This document shows, in pieces, positions 20,351 to 32,100 of a DNA stretch of 64,000 nt. Position 1 is the first letter of the stretch; every line of letters begins with the position of its first letter. The stretch lies in NCBI GenBank assembly GCA_000182565.2, contig KQ257467.1; one strand, given 5' to 3'. The position numbers were made by a program, and so were the translations under genes. This DNA comes from Spizellomyces punctatus DAOM BR117 (lineage: Eukaryota). The notes beneath the pieces were generated by a model. The model had not been told where the DNA came from. It saw nothing but the letters and a program-made list of their open reading frames with translations, and did no database searches.

Positions 20351-23300
20351 ATGCCAATTCTTCCTGTATTGGCATTAGTGGAAGATGACGATGAGAGGAG
20401 TGACCAGGAGGAATTGAGCCCAGGAGGATCGAGATCACCAAAATATACCGACGAGCCAGCGTCCTTGTTACAGACTGCTCGAACGCTCGTCGTGTCATTG
20501 TTTCTTCCTTACACCGTGTCCATCGATCCATCACCACCTGCGGTACAGCCAAACGCACCACTTGAACGGCGACGAAGTGTGGGTGCAATAGAGTTCAAAC
20601 GTCAGCGAAAAGCGTCCGAATCTCGAGGCCTACGACCAGATCCTCATTGGTGGCATATCGATACATCTGGATTAGGTAACATTGGGCTACAAAATGCATT
20701 GAAATCCATGCAGAGTCGCATGGCCGATCCCATCTGGATTGGATCGCTGGGGGTATCCACGAAAGATTGGTCAGACGAAACTAGAGCTAGCGTACGCTGC
20801 AAGCTAAGGAACGAATATAGCAGTGTCCCGGTGTTTCTTGCAGATGATGAAGTTGAAGGGCATTACAATCAATTTTGCAAGCAGGTATGACCAACTGCAT
20901 CAATGATGAATGATGGAGCGCAGCCGGTACATCACACCTGAGCGTTATTACTGTTGACCAACGTATCTTAACGATGTAATGCGGTGCCTTCACTACACTA
21001 CACTAATGATCCTTTCCTGAAGGTTCTGTGGAAACCGTTCCATTATCAACTACCTGATTATCCCAAAGGAGAAGCATATGAGGAGCAAGCATGGAAGCAC
21101 TACATCGCAGTCAACCAAAAGTTTGCCAATGCAATTGCGGAGACTTATCGAATAGGCGATATTGGTTTGTATCGTGTCAAAACTCATCGTCATACCGTTA
21201 TCTAACCGCGTAACAGTTTGGATCAACGATTACCATCTAATGTTGGTACCGGCAATGGTGCGCCAGCTAGTGCCAGGGGCGATCATTGGCTTCTTTCTTC
21301 ATATCCCGTTTCCGAGTTCTGAGATATTCCGCTGTCTCCACGGTGAGTGCAACGGCGCCTTAACTCTGGTGGATATCTTAAACATGACTGAGATCTGGTG
21401 ATAGTTCGAAAGCAGGTGTTGGAAGGAATGCTGGGCGCCGGTAAGCATCTGCACCATTGTGTCCACGTGGCTCTCGTGGGTGTCCTAATGCTTTATCTGC
21501 CCTTCAAGACTTGATAGGGTTTCAGGTGCGAGTACGCATACATTAAAATCGACTATATGACAATTGACACGAACGTCGAATATAGACGTATCCCTTCATG
21601 CGGCACTTTCTCATGACGTGCACGCGGTTGCTGGCATTGGAATCAACCCCCCGAGGAGTACAACTGGAAGATAGGGTTGTTTCCGTGATGCCTATACCGA
21701 TAGGTATCAATTTAGATGCGTTGAATGAAAAGAGGTATCGAGCGTCTGCACCACTTCCTTTTACGAACGCCAGCTTAACGTCTACTGCTTCTTAGAAACC
21801 ATCCCGAAGTTGCGGAAATCCTTGCGTCATTACGAGAAAAATACGATGGGATGAAAGTCCTTATTGGAAGAGACAAAAATGATTACGTGAAAGGGGTCCG
21901 CCAAAAAATGCTAGCTTTTGAGCGATTCCTAAAGGATCATCCTGAATGGCAGGGCAAGGTAAGGGAACACAACTTAATCGAAGTGAGGATGATCCTTACA
22001 AAACAGGCACCAGGTTGTCTTGATCCAAGTGGTTTTATCCACTACTGAGGCTAATGAGAATGAGTGCCGGGTGTCCGATGTGGTTGCCAGAATAAATTCT
22101 CGCTTCGGAAGCATTGAGTATTCGCCCGTTGTCTATTTGCATCAAGATATATCCTTCAGTCACTATTTGGCACTATTGACAGTGTGTACTGCTGTGATAT
22201 TTCGCTTGATGATATCGGAGCTAATGCTACTGTTTTCTACATATATAGCTAGCCGACGCATGTGTCATTACGTCGCTACGGGATGGAATGAACCTAACGT
22301 CACACGAATATGGTACGACCCTTAGCTACTGATCGATCAGCGCAATATTTCCATGACCATATGTTCCCTGTTACATCTAGTTGTATGTCAAGAAGAACAT
22401 CATGGGCCGCTCGTGATCAGTGAGGTGACTCTACACATGCGCTTGATTCTGATATGACATTGCACTGATATGGACCGTTAGTTTGCTGGAACATATGGAA
22501 GCTTTGGTGCTGCTCTCAGGGTTAGTATCATCAGTGGTGTAATAGTGAGATTGTCTGCTCAAAAATTTGTTGCTCATCCACCTACCAGGTGAACCCCTGG
22601 GACGTTCGTGAGGTTGCTGACGCCATCAACGACGCATTGACCATGGGCGATGAGGATAAGGCTTTCCGCTGGAAGGTAAGGACAACTCTAATGTGATCGA
22701 ATATGATAAATATTGAGTTGTTGTTTTTGTTAGGAACTGTACTCCCACGTAGTTGGAAACACTGGTACGTCGATAATTGCGTGCACATCCCACCATGTCT
22801 TTAACCTCTTAACTCGGTTAGCACAAACATACGTTGAGACTTTTACCAGCGAGCTTGTGAAAGCGCACGAAGAAGTTGCGCAAACTGTTTCCACCAGTAT
22901 ACCTCCTCTGCCAACAGATCATGTAGTGGCAGAGTACGCGCAAACTCGGAAACGAATCTTTGTATGTAATTTAGAGCGCGCTGATAGTGTATGGAGCCTT
23001 GACTAAACAAGTATGTCTTAGTAGTTCTTAGATCAAGATGGAACGATCATGAATTTCAACAAACATTCATCGAGCAATTTGCTATCAAACCGAATCCCTA
23101 CTGAAAAAGTTGTAAATCTCGTGAAAGCTCTAGCCAATGATCCACGAAATATTGTATATATCATGAGCGGGCGCTGTAAAGCGGAGATGAATGACTTCGC
23201 AAGAATACCGAATGTCGGATTGTGGTAAGTATCAATGGCCTGATTACTGATGAGCGGAAATCTGAAGCCGTCGATCATGCAGTGCTGAGAATGGCTGCTT

Positions 23301-24612
23301 TTTGAAATATGCGAATCGACACAAGTGGGAAACTATGTTACCTGATCACGATTTATCCTGGCGAAAGCAGGTGCTGGAAATCTTCGAGTATTACACAGAG
23401 TAAGTTCGTGAGGATGCATTCACGATCTGTCTCCATGCACATAACCTATGTACTAGTCGAACACCAGGCTCTTATATAGAGCAGAAGGAGATAGGCATGG
23501 TATGGCATTATGGACACGCGGACATGAGTTTCGGTTCATGGCAGGCAGCCGAATGTCAAAATCATATTGAGCAAGCTCTGACAGCGTCCTATGCGATTCA
23601 TGCTTTGGCAAAGAAACGCAGCATTGAGGTGATGCCACGAAATGTAAACAAGGGGACCGTGATCCGTAGAGTGCTGGAGCATCACCAAGGGCGTGGCCCA
23701 TATCATCGTCGGATCAAGCGAGCACAATCAGCAATTTCGGGACAGGCTGTGGATTTGGCAGAGCGATCGCTGGACAAGCGACGCAGCTTTTCTGGAAGTA
23801 GCGCACATGACACCGACACAGAGAATACACAGGAACAAGGGGATGGTCATGTCGAAGACGGACATGGAGGAGAGACCGACAGCCAAGATGTGGCCCTGGC
23901 GCTGCCCACTCGCGAACGCGTAGACTTCATATTTTGTGTTGGCGATGATCGAGCGGACGAGTATATGTTTGAGTACCTGAGGCGGCTTGAGCTTCACTCG
24001 CACAAGAAGGAACTTGCCCGCGGCGGTGATCTGTCTGGTGATCTCTTTGGGGGTTTGGATGACATTCGAAGCATTGGGTCCTCGACTTTCCCTTCTCCAG
24101 CGTATCTCTCTGCGCCTTTCTTTTCAGACTTTAGCGAGCACAGAGTGGCCCAAAGTCCGTCCGAGCTACCGGTTTCCAACATATCCTTCAATGAATCCTC
24201 TCTTAGTGCGGATCTGCAAGGTAAAAGTGGGATGGACGCCCAAACGGAGGAAGAACAGGCGTTTGAGGACGGATTGTCTGGCTTGAGCCATTCACAATCT
24301 CTCTCTGGTCACACAAGCTTTACGGACGCATTTCCTACCATGTCCGACATGTCCTCTCTACCCTTTTCCCTTGAAATGCCATCGCATCGAGGGGTTACGA
24401 GCCCTCAGGCTTTACCTCTCAATTCATACACCACTCGACGGCGCCGCTGCGTGATAACAGCAACAGTAGGAAAAAAGAGCAGTGCGGCAAAGTGGTTCTT
24501 GACTGGACCGCAAGAGGTTCTTGGCTTGCTAGAACGGTTATTGGAGTGTGGCAAGGCCAAAGGGGGGAGGAGCACGGTGCCGGAAGGGGGAAGAGAGCTG
24601 CAGTCAGTGTGA
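20351..24612 (+). CDS. TPS2: Trehalose-6-phosphate synthase/phosphatase (Tps2-type, GT20 plus HAD domains), many introns
   Basis: HYNQFCKQVLWKPFHY, VWINDYHLMLVP, GFFLHIPFPSSE, RDKNDYVKG, RDGMNLTSHEY, HAD motif FLDQDGT, AENG, VGDDRADEYMF. The start could be the upstream ATG at 20276. Confidence 0.92.
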
Positions 24613-24907
24613 GTTTTGTCTGTTGCGCGTTTTGTGACCTTGCATTTCGTACCTAGTGGGTCTGCTAGTGGCCAAGATGGTGATCCCATTTGATTTTGTA
24701 TTATGTTATGTATATCCTGATATGTGAGCTCGGAGAAGATGTATTTTGAAAACACGGACCCATATCTGCGTGTGGAGTTGTATTGTGTTTGGAAGTATTC
24801 ACACTTCCTCCTGTTTTAATCCACACATGCTGCAAACAAATCTACCGATCAAAAAATACAAGAAGTAGGCTACTGACGACCGTCACTCTCCCCTCCTTGT
24901 CCCTTGA

Positions 24908-26844
24908 CTAGTGAATAATTTCGCTCAGTAGAGCCTTGTCCGGGTTGAGCGCCTCAAAGAGATCGAAATCAAAAAACTTTTCATTAAACCACGGATACTT
25001 TGAATCGACGCCCTCCTTTGCCGCATTGTCTTTCATGAGCCGTTGAGCCATCTTGTCAATCGCAATGACGCTCAGAACTGTTTGTATGTACGCGTCAATC
25101 AGGTCGTCAACCCCGATACCGAGTTGATTAAAGTCTTTGCGGTCCATGAGGAGGAGACGTTGGGCTTCTGTTGTCCATTCATCGTCGACTTTGACGGAAA
25201 GATTGGTGCCAAGCATTTCCCAGGATGTTACTGATAACAATCGAGAATAAGGATGTGTTCAACCACGCGGTATAAATAATATTGGTTCTTACCATTGGGA
25301 TCATCTTCCAAATGTCTCAACAAGGGCTTTCGGGCCCTCCGAGCATAGCATGCGACAGGCTTGAAACCACAGGCATTGGCTGTGACCATCATGCGGAGAT
25401 CGCTGACAAAGGTATGGTTCTTTTTATTTGGGATGGTTCCAACATGGTAGAACCTTCCGGCTCGGGTGACACTGCTCCAAGATGCATTGCCGACGAGGGA
25501 CTGAACAATAAACTTGTCGTAAAAGTGGTCCGTTTCCATAAAGGCCTCCAGTTCCTTTTTGTTGGTTATAGTGTAGACGCCTTGACCTATAACAGAATGG
25601 GACCTGGCAATTAGATGGATGGAATTAAAGAGGGTGGGTTGATGATTTTCCTTCACCTGCATTTGAGTAGGGGACTTTGATGACGGCGTGTCCGCCCATA
25701 CTATCCAGCCAAAGCGGTATTTCGCTCTTTGATACATTGCGAATAGTTTCTGGCATGCGGACGGCGAGCCCGGTCCCAGCCAACTCAGAGTTGAGGAAAT
25801 CATACGCGCGAGCGGCCATCATCTTGTTTCGGCCGCCAGCAAGACAGGACACGACCTATTGCTCGTGTCAGCTTGTGCATATTAGCCCAAAATTCAGATA
25901 CAGGAGGGCTCACACTGTTGAGGACGATGGTTTTCGCATTGATAGGGAAGCGATTCCAGGGTTTTTGCGTTACATAGCGGAAGCACGCGCGGATTGGATG
26001 CCATTCTGGTGGAAAGAATTACGAGGGATTAATGGACTTTTGACCATGTACACCAAACGCATGCTTAAAGCTTGCCTTTTTTGTCATCGCGAATGTACAT
26101 AATGCCATCTTCCCATTTGACTGGAGGATCTGGGTCCTCCAAATAGTATTCTGCGATCCAGACGCGTTCCCCAGTTGACTCTGCCATGACAGCAGCATAT
26201 CCGCTTGCTTCCATCATGTTTTTGTCACAGACGACAGCGAGGTCTCCTAGAGATTTGTCTGCTTGCAGAATCAATTCTTTGAAAGTGAGGTCGATTACGA
26301 CGCCGTAACCGCCGTGCTCTTCAGGGTCGGACAAAAGTGGCATGGATTTCTGACCGGACGGGCATGAATTCGTTTCAACAATGATCATTTGCCGGTGCCC
26401 GCTTGCGGTTGTTACGTTAAACAAGTCTGAGCCGGCCCATAGAAAATACTTTGGCTTGTATGCAAGGAGCTCTTTGAGAGCGGCAATGTTGACTTGGGGA
26501 TTGAGATGGGTATATCGAGCTAGAATGCGCTCGTTGCCGAGGGTAAAGAATGAAGCGACGAGAGGATGAATGTTTGCGTTGAGGACTCGAGGATAAAAGT
26601 GGCGCTCTGGTTCAAAGTCGCCTGTATTTACAGGACGGGCGTCGAGGCCTGTTTTCTTCTTTTTTGGTTTTGGGGGTTCGGCCCCAGGAACTATTTTTCC
26701 ATTTACCTCTTCAGAATCGGATACGATGCTTGAAGAGCTGTTTGGAGGGCTTGGAGACTTGCTTCCGTTTACCGGGGGAGCGACTTCAGAAAAGCTGAAT
26801 TCCCCAGCGTCCATGGAAGGAGATGCGAGCGGCGACCGTTCCAT
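24908..26844 (-). CDS. Uncharacterised protein, circularly permuted ATP-grasp-like ligase (4 exons)
   Basis: Exons join in frame. GSDLF...[10 protein letters not shown] (D..ExN), [26 protein letters not shown] and GTNLS are ATP-grasp-like motifs. The fold assignment is inferred. Confidence 0.7.
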
Positions 26845-27425
26845 TATCGTTCAGTGTCGTGAAAAGTGCTGAAATGCCGGGGGGAAAAGACGAGAGCCAG
26901 AAGAATGGGGGCTTTAAAAACACAAAATGCCAGAGCGATAAACAACACCAAAGGGAAGGGAGGGGGGGGACAAGCGCTTTGGAAACGCGTCCAACCGACC
27001 TGTACACGTGTTTGACGCGTCGTTGGTTTTTGGGCTCTCCATTCAATTGGACTTGGCATTTGAAGAGTTTTGGGGAGGGAGGTTTTCAGCTGTCAACGAT
27101 ACGCCATTTGCAAAGAGTTTATGTTATGGACAAAACAGTTCATCGACAACCAGTGATGGAATATTCAATACACAGCGCAGGAACGCCCCACTTTTCGATC
27201 CTCTTCAGTCGGGTACCCGCGCACTTGGGTTCCATCATGGGCCACATTCCCTCAGAATACGCCGAAATAGGCGCACACATACGTATTACCTTAACGGACA
27301 AGGAACACGAGATCACTTGACGTTTTTGCCTGGATTGTTGTTCCCCCAGTTAACGTCGCTCCGGAGGACCGGAGGGCCTTCCAGGGGCGTTGATGGCCAG
27401 GAACTGATCACGTAACACATTTTTA

Positions 27426-27433
27426 TCACGTGA
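27426..27433. promoter_or_regulatory. Palindromic E-box TCACGTGA (bHLH-type site); similar boxes occur in many promoters here
   Basis: About 70 bp upstream of ATG 27495. Related boxes at 16538, 17531, 20052, 28992, 29004, 38148 and 60362. Confidence 0.5.
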
Positions 27434-27494
27434 CTCGAGGGCAGGTTACGAACAAAGATCTTTTCGTGTGTCGCTTCTTTGTTGGACTGTAATC

Positions 27495-28040
27495 ATGGGC
27501 AAAGAAGGCGATGCATCACTTCGAGAGACGTTGCGGGAACGAGTGGAAGAGGTAAAGACAAAGTTGTCTTCAAAGCTGGAGCAAAAAGGGTTGAAGGGAG
27601 GACCTCCCGCTCACCCCTCAGAATGCCGCGCTGCATGTGGAAAGCTTCTCCACACAATCTTTTTCGGTTCCCCCTCTCCTCCTCCCGCTCTCTTGGTCGC
27701 AGAGGAGGAGGAAGAGGAGGGTTTTACATTCAAAGTCACCCCCAAAGGGGAGATTCAAATCAGAGGCTCGCCCTTCCAGGCCATGACCCGTCCATTCATT
27801 AGTGGAGTCGAGCAGCTGGTCACGTCTGTCACTTCAAACTTACAAGACGCCTGTGAAGCTGCCTGCACCCACCCCGAATTTGGTCCAAAGCTCTTTCCCG
27901 CAAACATCACTCGTTGCTTGGCCGATGCACAGACGCCTTCGCAAGTTCAAAAGTGCGTTCCAAACCTGGATCAGTTCCTTGAATTTGCCATGATTGCGGA
28001 AGAAATCAGTGGATTGGAGAGGCGTGTCGATGAGCTGTAA
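27495..28040 (+). CDS. Hypothetical intronless 181-aa protein with two CX3C motifs
   Basis: Clean ATG-TAA ORF between genes, preceded by a TCACGTGA box; ECRAAC, ACEAAC and a further C-x12-C. No recognised family. Confidence 0.6.
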   Translation: MGKEGDASLRETLRERVEEVKTKLSSKLEQKGLKGGPPAHPSECRAACGKLLHTIFFGSPSPPPALLVAEEEEEEGFTFKVTPKGEIQIRGSPFQAMTRPFISGVEQLVTSVTSNLQDACEAACTHPEFGPKLFPANITRCLADAQTPSQVQKCVPNLDQFLEFAMIAEEISGLERRVDEL

Positions 28041-28326
28041 ACCGTTACTGGGAAATCGTCGAATTGGATTGCTTCATTGTATATATCATCATTTATGTAG
28101 TCTGTACTTTAGGCTAGAGCTCATGCGATACCCTTGTATTAAAAAGAGGCATTTCATCTCGTTTGTACATTGCATGGATCTCCGTACACATTCGTATTCA
28201 GTCAAACACGGAACAGGTACCGCAGTCGCCATGAGTGTCCAAACATTCGCAGCAGGTGAAAACAGGTAGAACAATTATATTGTGGACCCTCACGCAACTC
28301 CCGTCCCTCCATACAAGGCATTCCCC

Positions 28327-28869
28327 TTAGTGGGCACGACGAGACTCGGCAATGACGTTGGACATCTCTTCGACCTTGCGCTTGGCACGGCCAAAGGTAC
28401 CGAGCTACAGAAAAGAATTTCATACAAATAAATTTCAACGTCGCCACAACAGAATTCCGCCAAACTGCTGTGCTACATACCCTCCTCTTTGCCAACTTTC
28501 TTGCACGCTTGTCGGCAGAGTTCTTGAGCAATTCCATAATGCGTTTTTCGTAGGGAGAGTATCCGGCAACCTCACGGACGAGGTCACGGACAAACTTTGT
28601 GCGTTTGGCGAGCACCTACAAGTGGGACGAGAGAACTCGTCAGACATGGTCTCTTTTCTGCGACCGATACCCTCCCCATATCCGTTGATTCCGCCGAGAG
28701 CGACGCCCCGCACCACCAGTTCCCAACAATCTTTCCACCGCCCCGTGCCGTCATCTCCCAAAATGCTTACCCCCTTGCGGTTAACGGGCTTGGCCTTGAG
28801 TTCACGCTTGGTGGTGACGTGACCCTTGTTGATGCCAGTGGCAATTCCGGACTTGGGTGTTGGTGCCAT
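28327..28869 (-). CDS. RPL36: 60S ribosomal protein eL36 (3 exons)
   Basis: [89 protein letters not shown]. Confidence 0.97.
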
Positions 28870-29197
28870 CCTTGTGATCGTGTCCCAGGAACTTCGCAAA
28901 GAGGAAGAACAAGAGGGCGAATGCAGGGAAAGAAGCCTTGGCTGTCGGGGCGAATTCGTCGCTCAAAAACCACAGCGAAAAGAAAATTGCATCACGTGGA
29001 CGGGTCACATGACAGTGACGGTTTCGATTCTCGCTTGAGGCAATTCACAAGTTCTGGTCAAGGGTTTCTTGTTCAACTTACACCATTCTTGAAGCGACAT
29101 TTAGAATTACTCCATTGGCAGATTGTACTCACGCACTGACTTGAATCACACGCCAGTGGTGACTTTGTGAGGTTGCCGTTCTTCAATGCCGCCTGGT

Positions 29198-32100
29198 ATG
29201 GACGACCTTTTAAAGATCGTCCTGGAGGAAGTGGCTTTGGAAGAGAGCCAAGGTTGGTTATAAACTCGCAAAGGATAAATCTCGTATCATTGATCATATC
29301 CTTGGAAGCAACAGTTAAAAGTGCATTGTTAGTTGGGGGGTATCGTTGATACGCCAAGAAAGACTGTGGATGCACGCACCAAGAGGAGAGCCTTGTTGGT
29401 GGAAGGTGCGAGGTTCGGGTCTCGGTGGGAACACTCCCCGATGGAAAGCACTCAGTGTCTTTCTTGCCTAAACTCTTGTCGCTGTCGCGTTAATTCTAGA
29501 GAAAATCCTGTTAAAAATAGCTCTATCGACGAACTAACCTATCCTGTACCAGGTTGCACACCCGAAAGACTGTGGAGCTTACTGGAGGAACGCCGTAGCA
29601 AAGATCAAAACGCAGAAGACGACACCGATGACGATGCTTTGGAGCTGAGAAGAATGGCCGGAAATGGTAGGGATGCATGTTGTTTTCTCTAATAAGTGAT
29701 CGTTTTCTAATTCGCATATTCTGACCACATATTCTCACATTAGCAGATTCGATCAGGAGATATGTGCAGCTGGACAGCCACATGAAAGAATATTTATGGT
29801 CTTTTATAATATCCGTGGACGATATACGGTGTGTAAATCGGCAGGTTGGTAATGTCCATTCAGTGGCAACGCCGAAAAGCGCAAAGAAGGGCAAAGGAAA
29901 ACGAAAATCAGAACAGGTGTGTGCTGTCTTAGGCTCTAGGAACGCTTCACGCTTTTGCTTCAAACAGCCTAACATTGCTACAGGAGCCCGCCGAATCGAC
30001 CCTTGATGTGGATAATACCACTCCAATCCCTACGAATGAGTTGACATCCATGTCGTTGCGACAAGCTTTAGAAAAGTATGGCGATGGATTGCACATTGTC
30101 GCAAGCGAGGAAGTCCGGCGGATTGCAATTCTTGGCCATTATGACGTTAGTAGCATGCGCTTTTTTTGGTCCCTTGGGCAGAAGAGTTCATCTCATGCGA
30201 TTACGGCGTAGCCAACCGTGAAACTCAGCGCAGCATTATTTGCGACGCTTTCCCTGATTGCAAAGTGTCGAAGTGCCGGCATCACGCAAATGGAGCTTTC
30301 AAAAGTTCTACATTACGATCCTCGGTCGTTGTTCCACTACATCAAAGTGCTGGGGGAGATGAAATTTATGTAAGATCATGTATCTGACAGGGAGACATAT
30401 GATTGGTTACTTACCCTTTGTCAGTGTCAAGTTTCCTCTTGTAACAAAAGGCACCTACACCAACCTTTGTATCCACAAACGGTTTGCGGATCAAAATAAT
30501 ACATACCAAGAGTACAAAAAGCGAACTGAACAGATGGTGGGACCCGCCAAGATCGAAGGCCTTGACTCTGCCGTTGCCAATAGTACCATATGCAAATATA
30601 ATCCCCAGACGGCGGTTAGTCACTCAGCTGGACACAACGCAGTCTCATATCACAGCGAGCTCGTTAAGGAACAAATCACTACGTTGCTCAGGGCAGCCAA
30701 GAACCACGTCATGGTCGTTCAGGATTTAATGCAGGCACTGGTATGCTGACAGAATACAACAATCTGAGGAAACAATCATGGTGATCGACTCTTTTGCAGA
30801 AACTCGATACTAGTAAAAGCCGCTTTGAGCGTAAATGGTTTAACCGCCTTATCGAAACACTCGTCAAGGGCGGATTCCTTGAACGCGTTAATGTACCCCG
30901 GAGACGAGATGGATGGGAATGCAAGGGTCATGATCGATGCGTCCGCCTCTTGAAAATGTATTTGCCATCCGGCGGTGTCAATATTGGACTTGATTTGCCC
31001 TCGAGAACGTCATTGCAGTATCAGTCGAAACAGCAGACGGCAGATCCTGAAAGAGATATCATTATGGGTGAAGGAGGAGTTTTGGCTGATCTACCATTTG
31101 AGTGGCAAGTGTATCGTCTTATTGCACTCTCTGGCAAAAAGGGTGTTACGGCAGGGGTATGCATATCATATCTTGTACATACCTTCTCGGTTTGTTAATC
31201 TGATCTCTTTGACCAGGTCGTTCAACGCTCGTTAAATAACGTCGGTAGCCGTTTATTGAATAAAATCTTGACGAAGCTGTTAAAACCTCCGGATGCCCCA
31301 GTGACTTCCATTGGGGCCAATCGAGTTGCCGAATTTGTTGGCCGCGAGCGTCGGTACCGGTACTACTCTTCAGAAGCGTACAACCATATGATGGGACATA
31401 CCGAACAAGCTGCTGAGCTGGGCTTGCTAGAGAAAATGGTGGCATCTGGTGGTCAAGGTGAGACACGGAGCACGCCCAACTCGAAGGGGCCTCCGGAGAA
31501 GAAGAGACGATTGGTGAATGCGAGTACTGCAAATACTGTGGAATCGGCGCCTGAGCAGCTAGCAGGTGAGATTTGCATGACTATGACGATCGTCCCATGT
31601 GTGCTTACCGTTGCACGCTGCTCAGATGGGAGCCGCAACTCCAACACGGCCGATTGCTTATCATCGCTCGGAGACGTAAGTTTGCATCGTATTCGTTGTA
31701 GTTCTTGCGCTGTGCCCTATTAATGCTTCACAGGTCATTTGCACCCTCTGCTACAAGAGTGACAATGAAGATCAGATACTGCTGTGTCATCATTGCAAAT
31801 CGGGAATTCACACATACTGCCACAACCCACCGTTGACCGCGATACCGCAAGGAGACTTTTTCTGCAGCTCAACATGTAGAAAAAGCGTGAAACCGACTGG
31901 AGAACAGGGATCCGCTACCCAATCCTCACAATTTGATCCTATGGACGTTGACTCTTCCACTGGTCAGTGCAGTTGTGACAGCATGTTGATTGTAGCACTG
32001 TTTTTGATGGTTGTGACTGGACAGAGCAACAAAGTGTGACACAGCCCCTGCCTGTGTCGCCGATAGCAAGGTCTAAAACCGCAATAAGTACACCAACGAC

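Noticed and set aside
23690-24430. Long insertions in the TPS2 phosphatase domain as a novel domain
   Set aside because: Ser/Asp-rich low-complexity sequence, typical of disordered loops.
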